Shown: positions 1 to 4,795 of the stretch, in pieces
Numbering within the stretch: the stretch's first letter is position 1
Layout: the number at the start of each line of letters is the position of its first letter
Virus record (IMG/VR): IMGVR_UViG_2645727555_000023
Origin: a virus
Lineage: Duplodnaviria > Heunggongvirae > Uroviricota > Caudoviricetes
Direction: 5' to 3' (one strand)
DNA length: 4,795 bases
Position numbers and translations under genes: made by a program
Notes under the pieces: generated by a model
Databases searched by the model: none
Told to the model about the DNA's origin: nothing
What the model saw: the letters and a program-made list of their open reading frames with translations, nothing else

Positions 1-85
1 CCATATAACCACCTGAAAGACAATGACATTGCCTGTTTTTATAACGGTAATTGCAGACCATGACAAGCCGCAGCCGTCAGGCTGC

Positions 86-178
86 CTACTCGGTAGAAAT
101 CAGCGACGGAACCAGTAAACCGTAGATGAGAGCCACTGAAAGGCCTGTGGCTACTGCCAATAGATAGATTTTGATCAT
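86..178 (-). CDS. Putative small hydrophobic peptide, 30 aa (MIKIYLLAVATGLSVALIYGLLVPSLISTE), probable single transmembrane helix
   Basis: Hand translation of the minus strand: ATG at 178-176, TAG stop at 88-86. AGGA Shine-Dalgarno at about 184-187, 5 nt upstream of the ATG. Not in the supplied ORF track (too short). Composition is almost entirely hydrophobic. No homolog recognised. Confidence 0.3.
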   Translation of the reverse strand: MIKIYLLAVATGLSVALIYGLLVPSLISTE

Positions 179-207
179 GTGTTTTCCTATGTGGTTGTTA
201 TGTGAAA

Positions 208-236
208 ATAATAAGTAAGTACTTATATATTTTCAA
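208..236 (-). promoter_or_regulatory. Candidate sigma70-type promoter (TTGAAA - 17 bp - TATTAT) reading toward the small peptide ORF
   Basis: On the minus strand: TTGAAA (236-231), 17-nt spacer, TATTAT (213-208); each hexamer is 5/6 to consensus. Lies directly after the recA terminator T-run and about 30 nt upstream of the peptide ATG. AT-rich context makes chance matches possible. Confidence 0.3.
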
Positions 237-240
237 GAGA

Positions 241-266
241 TAAAAAAGGCGTCCTGTGGACGCCTT
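241..266 (-). terminator. Rho-independent terminator downstream of the recombinase gene
   Basis: Minus-strand sequence right after the TAA stop (273-271): AAGGCGTCC-ACA-GGACGCCTT (9-bp GC-rich stem, 246-266) followed by TTTTTTA (247-241). On the plus strand it is preceded by an A-run and followed by T-rich TTGTGTTT, so it may act bidirectionally. Confidence 0.6.
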
Positions 267-270
267 GTGT

Positions 271-2610
271 TTACTCTTCTACTGACTCGGTGGGGTTGTC
301 TTTTGCTCTTCGGTCGTCGATTGCCTGCAAAGCCGCAATGATTTCAGCCAGTGGCTTCTCCCGATACATCTCGACGATCTGTGATTTGGTGTATTTCTTG
401 TCACCAATTTCAACTCGCCCGCTGGCGTTCTTTGGCAGGTATCCTTCATCCAGCATGTACTCGACGAGCGATTCGATAACGTCGAGGCCACGAGTAGGAT
501 CGAAGTAGAATTTCCAGGTGCATTTGCCATACGGTGGTGCAACTTTGTTTTTGATGCATTCTGCGCCTACGTCTTGGCCGATCTTCTCTTTACCATCCTT
601 CATCACCGATGCACCAAGACGGATACGTACAGAAGCGTAGAACTTCGGTGAATCTCCACCTGGCGACGTAGTAGGGTCGCCAAACATTACACCGATTTTT
701 GTGCGAACCTGATTCAAGAAGATGATGCAGGCGTTGTATTTGCGTGCCCACAAAGCCAGAGTAGGGAAGTTCGCACTCGTCGCACGAGCCAGTGCCGTAT
801 TGTCGTTCATGTTTAGCTGATCTTTGTCTTTGGCTGTGCCTTCAGCCATCTTTTCGAACTTCTCGGCTTTGGAGTTCGGAACCATAGACGCAAGAGAGTC
901 AGCCACGATACAGATTGGTGCTGATTCGGGGATAAGCTCTTCATCACGAACCAATTTAAGTATTGTGCCGATCAACTCTACAGAGTCTTCGAAGGTATCT
1001 GGCTGCTTGTATACCCACTGACCGTCATCCTCATCTGCGTTCAGGCCATTGGCTACAGCCAGGCCAACGTCAAAACTGTTTTCATGATCGAGGAATACCG
1101 CCAGACCATCTTGTTTTTGAGCGGAGATCATCGCTGCTGTTGCAAGGAATGTGTTGTGGCTGATAATCCCGTTAGACCAGAAAGAGTGTGTTTCCGGCAT
1201 CGCTACGTCGAACGTTGGTGCTTCACCTTCCTCAATAGCCACGACTTCGTCGTAGAACAAGTTAGAGCCAATTACCGCTGCCAGTTGTGCAAACAGATGC
1301 TCGTTAAAACGATTCTTTCTGCCAATGAAGGAGACATAGATTTCTCGCAGTTTGTCTATTCCGACACGATCGCCGCGGCCAATAACGTGGTCTACCAGAG
1401 CGTAGTCTTCACGGGTGGTCTTGGTGAGCGACTCGTAGAGTGATTTCACTAAGCCGCTGATGTGCGGAACATAGCCTGAGTAAGTGCGGTCAAAACCAAT
1501 GTCCCGTTTGGTTGCCACTGATAAACGTGCCGGAGATTCGAAACCAATCGTTGACAGAAAAAGGTCGTAATTAGAGCCACTGAATGACAGCCGGTAATAT
1601 GTATTTTCATAACCCGCGACGTGTTTTTCAGAGATAGTTGACGTAATCCCCAGATTCAGGAGCATGAGGCGAATTTGCTGTAGCAGCAGCCCACTCGCGC
1701 TTACAACCTCAATGCAGCGACCATCATTGACGTGGCATTCCAGCTCAAAGTAGCCGCGAAGGAATGCAATTTGAGCCTCGCTATTGGCGCGACGCACACT
1801 CAACGGAACCTGCTTGCCAGCAGCTTTCTCATACTCCAGACCATATTCTTTAAAAAGCAGCGAACGCACCTCTTTGCTAAACAGCACATGGTCTTCCGAG
1901 CCGTTATGTTTTCTCGTAACTGGCATCTTGTCTGATACCAGCGAAATGAGGCGGTAGTACTCATCCTTGATGAAAGGATCTGTGTTAGAAAAATTCACTG
2001 AATTTTCAGAGGCCACGTATCCGTCAGCAATTAAATAGCCCATCAGTTTTGCGATATTGGCATCCAGGTGCTGATCGCCGAATTGATGTGTGCCAACCAT
2101 TGAAGGAATCGTGTCGCCTACACTGATTTTTTCAGCATGTCGCCAGACGACATTACCTAAGTCGTCAACCACACGGATTGGGTGACGGAACGTAGCCTCG
2201 ATATAACCGCCTGATGCCAGCTTAATACGCTTGAATTTGCGACGGTTGTTCCATGTCAGGTGTGAGGTCTTCTCTATCACGCCATTTTCATTGATGAGTC
2301 CAACGTTATGCTCTACATCGCGAGTAGTGCATGTCGCTTTGTACCCTTCAATCTCAAACAACTCTTTCACTGTTACCATTCCACGCTCCGTCAGCAGCAT
2401 GGTGTCTGCGGTAACACATTTCCCCGCGCTTGGAGGACCGAATACTTCGACGATACGACCACATGGGAAGCCGCCATCGTAACGACCAGAAATAGCTTTG
2501 TTTAACGGTGGAAAGCCTGTATCAATCCAATGAGTTACTTTCTGAATTTCGTCGTTGCTACCGATTTTCTTTTTCAGAGCAAGTGCCAGTGCGGATTTTC
2601 CTTTTGCCAT
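271..2610 (-). CDS. recA: RecA-family recombinase precursor (779 aa) containing a 422-aa intein; predicted spliced product 357 aa
   Basis: Exteins align to bacterial RecA hallmarks: N-extein GRIVEVFGPPSAGK + C-extein TFLATAAMI rebuilds Walker A GPPSAGKT (RecA GPESSGKT); Walker B-like ICIVADSLASMVP; L2-loop region FLNQVRTKIGVMFGDPTTSPGGDSPKFYASVR closely matches RecA [32 protein letters not shown]. ATG at 2610 is preceded by AAAAGGAG 7 nt upstream. Symbol denotes RecA family; a phage-encoded homolog is likely. Confidence 0.9.
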   Translation of the reverse strand: MAKGKSALALALKKKIGSNDEIQKVTHWIDTGFPPLNKAISGRYDGGFPCGRIVEVFGPPSAGKCVTADTMLLTERGMVTVKELFEIEGYKATCTTRDVEHNVGLINENGVIEKTSHLTWNNRRKFKRIKLASGGYIEATFRHPIRVVDDLGNVVWRHAEKISVGDTIPSMVGTHQFGDQHLDANIAKLMGYLIADGYVASENSVNFSNTDPFIKDEYYRLISLVSDKMPVTRKHNGSEDHVLFSKEVRSLLFKEYGLEYEKAAGKQVPLSVRRANSEAQIAFLRGYFELECHVNDGRCIEVVSASGLLLQQIRLMLLNLGITSTISEKHVAGYENTYYRLSFSGSNYDLFLSTIGFESPARLSVATKRDIGFDRTYSGYVPHISGLVKSLYESLTKTTREDYALVDHVIGRGDRVGIDKLREIYVSFIGRKNRFNEHLFAQLAAVIGSNLFYDEVVAIEEGEAPTFDVAMPETHSFWSNGIISHNTFLATAAMISAQKQDGLAVFLDHENSFDVGLAVANGLNADEDDGQWVYKQPDTFEDSVELIGTILKLVRDEELIPESAPICIVADSLASMVPNSKAEKFEKMAEGTAKDKDQLNMNDNTALARATSANFPTLALWARKYNACIIFLNQVRTKIGVMFGDPTTSPGGDSPKFYASVRIRLGASVMKDGKEKIGQDVGAECIKNKVAPPYGKCTWKFYFDPTRGLDVIESLVEYMLDEGYLPKNASGRVEIGDKKYTKSQIVEMYREKPLAEIIAALQAIDDRRAKDNPTESVEE
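1153..2418 (-). mobile_element. Intein (422 aa) with LAGLIDADG homing-endonuclease domain, inserted in the recombinase P-loop between Lys64 and Thr(+1)
   Basis: Starts with Cys (TGT at 2418-2416) in a block-A-like CVTADTMLLTERG. Block B TFRHPIRVV (TxxH). Two LAGLIDADG motifs: LMGYLIADG (2046-2020) and LRGYFELEC (1761-1735). Blocks F/G TFDVAMPETHSFWSNGIISHN end in His-Asn (AAC at 1155-1153) followed by Thr +1. Removing it restores a contiguous 357-aa RecA. Confidence 0.85.
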
Positions 2611-2612
2611 GA

Positions 2613-2879
2613 TCAGGCTCCTTTTGTTTCGTTGATTCGTTTTACAGCGGCGGATTCATCGAATACAATCGCATCGTGGTTAAGGAGTCTGGATACACGA
2701 GCGAGGATTTTTACGACCTGCTCGCTGACTAATCCAAACTCGCGATCTGTCGCTTTCATTCCGGCAGCGCCTAGAATTGACGGCAGTGCGATGACAGCGT
2801 ACTCACCGTGATAAAAGACAATCTCTTTTGCCAGTTGGGCAGGGGTGGTTGTAGCGCCATTGATAATCGATTTAAGCAT
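2613..2879 (-). CDS. Hypothetical small protein (~88 aa), translationally coupled between the exonuclease and recombinase genes
   Basis: ORF track gives 2613..2885 from a TTG. The in-frame ATG at 2879-2877 overlaps the exonuclease TAA stop (2881-2879) as TAATG and is the more likely start. No recognisable motif; function unknown. Confidence 0.55.
   Translation of the reverse strand: MLKSIINGATTTPAQLAKEIVFYHGEYAVIALPSILGAAGMKATDREFGLVSEQVVKILARVSRLLNHDAIVFDESAAVKRINETKGA
2618..2624 (-). promoter_or_regulatory. Shine-Dalgarno (AAAAGGAG) for the recombinase gene, embedded in the 3' end of the upstream small ORF
   Basis: Minus-strand AAAAGGAG lies 7 nt upstream of ATG 2610 and overlaps the last codons (K-G-A) of the upstream ORF, whose TGA stop (2615-2613) sits 2 nt before the ATG: translational coupling. 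Confidence 0.6.
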
Positions 2880-3823
2880 TAGCAATACCTTTCGAATGGA
2901 AGAACAAACACTTCAAGGTCTTCAAGGAACGAACGGAAATTCAGCTCGTAGCACAGTTGCTCGAATGCTTTCACGTCACGATTGCCTTTGATTGTTTCGA
3001 TTTCGGTAGGCGGAAACTTCGTCTCAATCAGGTTCATTAGCGTGATGTTTCTCTTGAACGCTTCGAGCATTCGACAGCCTGTTTTCTCGTTGAAGGCATT
3101 CTTCGCTAGTTTGTTGAAGGCGGTCTTATGGCGTCCTTTGTCAACCACGATTGAGCCGTCGTTGATGCCGCGTACCATCGTTGCGACACTTCCCCATTCA
3201 TGCAGCAGCTCTTTCGCACCGCCAGCACCAATGCCACCAACACCGCTAATGTTGTCCGATTTATCGCCTTGTAATGCTTTTGCTTCCAAAAATGCGCGAG
3301 GAGTAGCGAATCCTGTCAGCTCCGCAAATTGCTCAAAATTAACCTGCTTGTTTTTGGCGTCTTCGCGCAGGCTTACCCAGCTTACGTTTTCGCGAACTAA
3401 CTGAAGCCAGTCGCTATCGCCTGTTAACAGATAGATGTGTTCAACGGTTGGCTGCGGTGCCATGCGGGATACCAGCAGCCCGGCCAGATCATCCGCTTCT
3501 GCATCTTTTGCAATGAGTTGGGTAACTCCAAGCGCGGTCATCATTTTGAGGATGTATGGCTTCTGGATAGCAAAGCCTTCCTTCATCTTTTTCATATCAG
3601 GATCGTCGTCGCGATTTGCTTTGTAGTCCGGGTAAAAGTCGCGACGCTTGTCACTAAATCCATCCCAAAGAATCATAGGTCGGGCATGGAGGATGGAGGC
3701 ATAACGACGGACGTTCTTAACAAAGCCGAAAGCAGCCTGTACTTCCATTTCGCCGTTGTGCAATTTGTCAGATTGTTGGTGGTAATAACCCAGGCTATTG
3801 CCATCTACGAAGAGATAATTCAC
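2879..3823 (-). CDS. 5'-3' exonuclease / flap endonuclease (FEN family, Pol I 5'-nuclease-like)
   Basis: N-terminal motif NYLFVDGNSLGYY (compare Pol I 5'-nuclease LILVDGSSYLYRAYHA), acidic cluster LLTGDSDWLQLV, and H3TH motif ALQGDKSDNISGVGGIGAGGAKELLHEWGS (compare Taq ALTGDESDNLPGVKGIGEKTARKLLEEWGS). ORF track starts at GTG 3874; the in-frame GTG at 3823-3821 with GGAAGGAA SD 8 nt upstream is preferred because codons 2-12 of the longer ORF are the terminator hairpin and T-run. Stop TAA at 2881-2879. Confidence 0.85.
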   Translation of the reverse strand: MNYLFVDGNSLGYYHQQSDKLHNGEMEVQAAFGFVKNVRRYASILHARPMILWDGFSDKRRDFYPDYKANRDDDPDMKKMKEGFAIQKPYILKMMTALGVTQLIAKDAEADDLAGLLVSRMAPQPTVEHIYLLTGDSDWLQLVRENVSWVSLREDAKNKQVNFEQFAELTGFATPRAFLEAKALQGDKSDNISGVGGIGAGGAKELLHEWGSVATMVRGINDGSIVVDKGRHKTAFNKLAKNAFNEKTGCRMLEAFKRNITLMNLIETKFPPTEIETIKGNRDVKAFEQLCYELNFRSFLEDLEVFVLPFERYC

Positions 3824-3838
3824 CGGTACATTCCTTCC

Positions 3839-3867
3839 AAAAAGTAAGGCGTCCGTAGACGCCTTAC
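3839..3867 (-). terminator. Rho-independent terminator or attenuator between the SSB-like gene and the exonuclease gene
   Basis: Minus strand, 17 nt after the SSB-like TAA stop: GTAAGGCGTC-TACG-GACGCCTTAC (10-bp stem, 3867-3844) followed by TTTTT (3843-3839), then the SD and GTG of the exonuclease. Stem arms AAGGCGTC/GACGCCTT are identical to those of the terminator at 246-266. Confidence 0.55.
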
Positions 3868-3883
3868 TGGTCACGTAATGGGA

Positions 3884-4651
3884 TTACAGAGAGTCCAGTT
3901 CTCTCAGTAGGTCATCCAGACCTTCATCTTCCGTCGCAGATGCGGTTGCTACAGATGTCGCTGCTACTGCTTCAGACTCTTTGACTGATACGGCAACGGC
4001 AGCGGAACTTGCTTCTGGTTTAAATTCAGTTTCAACGGCACGGAGGATTTCTTCATCAACCAGACTGGTTGGTTCAGAAGCTGGGGTGTGAGCGGTTGCT
4101 ACAGCAGTCGCACCCTCCGTATGACCAGTGACAGAGCCAAATCCAGGCAGTGCCGCGGCCGATGTTTTCGCGGTAGAGGAAATTGCTGGTGCAGATGCTG
4201 CGGCAGTTGGTGCAGCGATGCCAATCAGACGACCCATAGTGCGAACTGTCGACAGAAGACGAGTTTCATCAGCCTGATTTGCGTATGCGATCAGATCATG
4301 CTGGGTGTTCCAGAATTTATCTTCGATATCGCCTTTGTAGACTTTACGCTTAGGCGAGACGTCATATTTGGTATCGCGACCAGAACCAGTACGTTTAATC
4401 AGGAATGCGTAGCCTTCCTCTTTGCTCAGTGGATTGCCGATATCATCAGCGATGTCTTCGGTGATTGCTTTGCAGATATCATCGAATACAGTAGACGGCA
4501 GCTCGATTAACTGGCATTTCTCAGCATCTGCGAAATCCTCACGAGCAGAAAGAATGCCGTTGACCAGGTAGCGAGGAGTGGCACGCATTTGACCGATGCG
4601 TTCTTCCATTGCTTTGTTACCCTTGTGACGAGCGCGACCTTCCATAACCAT
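3884..4651 (-). CDS. Putative ssDNA-binding protein (gp32-like features), probably a 3' fragment of a gene disrupted by the adjacent IS element
   Basis: Long Ala/Ser/Thr-rich low-complexity linker ending in acidic tail EDEGLDDLLRELDSL, typical of SSB C-termini. The frame stays open upstream of the first ATG up to the IS boundary (4701) and encodes C-x8-C-x2-C (YICEQHTHGRACQLCEM), reminiscent of the T4 gp32 zinc site. No Shine-Dalgarno precedes ATG 4651 or 4645. Functional call is motif-level only. Confidence 0.5.
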   Translation of the reverse strand: MVMEGRARHKGNKAMEERIGQMRATPRYLVNGILSAREDFADAEKCQLIELPSTVFDDICKAITEDIADDIGNPLSKEEGYAFLIKRTGSGRDTKYDVSPKRKVYKGDIEDKFWNTQHDLIAYANQADETRLLSTVRTMGRLIGIAAPTAAASAPAISSTAKTSAAALPGFGSVTGHTEGATAVATAHTPASEPTSLVDEEILRAVETEFKPEASSAAVAVSVKESEAVAATSVATASATEDEGLDDLLRELDSL

Positions 4652-4701
4652 TTCGCATAGCTGACAAGCGCGACCGTGAGTATGTTGCTCACAAATATAA
4701 G

Positions 4702-4795
4702 TGAACCGCCCCGGGAATCCTGGAGACTAAACTTCCTGAGAAAGAGGTAAACAGGATGACTAAAAATACTCGTTTTTCCCCTGAAGTCCGTCAAC
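4702..4795 (+). mobile_element. Left end of an IS3-family insertion sequence (IS629/IS1203-like), continuing beyond the window
   Basis: Sequence begins TGAACCGCCCCGGG at 4702 (IS3-family termini start 5'-TG). It is followed by GAGG SD and an ATG at 4756 opening an ORF MTKNTRFSPEVRQ..., which matches from memory the N-terminus of IS629-group OrfA transposases. Exact IS identity is unverified. Confidence 0.7.
4756..4795 (+). CDS. IS3-family transposase OrfA, N-terminal 13 codons (partial, runs off window)
   Basis: ATG at 4756-4758 with GAGGT 7 nt upstream; translation MTKNTRFSPEVRQ. Recognition is from recalled IS629/IS1203 OrfA sequence. Confidence 0.7.
   Translation, partial: MTKNTRFSPEVRQ

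Noticed and set aside
1-61. Possible partial minus-strand ORF starting at ATG 61-59 (MVCNYRYKNRQCHC...) and running off the window start
   Set aside because: Only 20 codons visible, no Shine-Dalgarno, and no recognisable motif; insufficient evidence to call a gene.
279-542. Minus-strand 87-aa ORF overlapping the 3' end of recA in another frame
   Set aside because: Entirely inside the recA coding region in an alternative frame; Arg/Ser/Thr-rich and unstructured-looking. The recA frame is supported by strong homology there (C-terminal extein).
290-2811. Plus-strand ORFs from the track (290..508, 824..1021, 963..1163, 1084..1443, 1732..1935, 2231..2482, 2308..2505, 2530..2811)
   Set aside because: All lie antisense within the strongly supported minus-strand recA/intein or small-ORF coding regions. 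Their products are low-complexity or Cys/Arg-rich with no recognisable motifs and no convincing ribosome-binding sites; they are treated as antisense shadow ORFs.
3829-3831. Out-of-frame ATG (mini-ORF ATG-TAC-CGG-TGA) overlapping the proposed exonuclease GTG start
   Set aside because: The SD abuts the ATG with essentially no spacer and the ORF is 3 codons long; it is considered a chance occurrence rather than a leader peptide.
2982-4510. Plus-strand ORFs 2982..3404, 3435..3626, 3437..3847 and 4088..4510
   Set aside because: Antisense to the exonuclease and SSB-like genes, which carry clear family motifs on the minus strand; no independent support.
4702-4730. Apparent in-frame continuation of the SSB-like ORF into the IS end (encoding SPGFPGRFT before a TAG)
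   Set aside because: This segment is the IS terminal inverted repeat; the open frame over 9 codons is coincidental and does not indicate a fusion protein.
4507-4794. Minus-strand 95-aa ORF spanning the IS/phage junction
   Set aside because: It starts inside the IS element antisense to the transposase leader and reads across the insertion boundary into the SSB-like gene in a different frame; this is an artefact of the junction, not a gene.
1-4795. CRISPR arrays, tRNA or rRNA genes
   Set aside because: No series of regularly spaced direct repeats and no cloverleaf-compatible region was seen. The only recurring element is the pair of hairpins with identical arms (and the short in-frame repeat in the SSB-like gene), which are accounted for as terminators and a coding repeat.

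Overview
Nearly the whole window (86-4701) is a compact minus-strand DNA recombination/replication module of phage or prophage type, with the left end of an IS3-family insertion sequence at the right edge. Reading in the direction of transcription (high to low coordinates): (1) an SSB-like gene with an Ala/Ser/Thr-rich linker and acidic C-terminal tail, apparently 5'-truncated by the IS; (2) a FEN-family 5'-3' exonuclease; (3) a small translationally coupled hypothetical ORF; (4) a RecA-family recombinase whose Walker A P-loop (GPPSAGK|T) is split by a 422-codon intein carrying a LAGLIDADG homing-endonuclease domain. The module ends in a rho-independent terminator, followed by a candidate sigma70 promoter and a 30-codon hydrophobic peptide ORF. 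The intein-containing recA is the standout; all functional calls come from motif recognition by eye, with no database search run.
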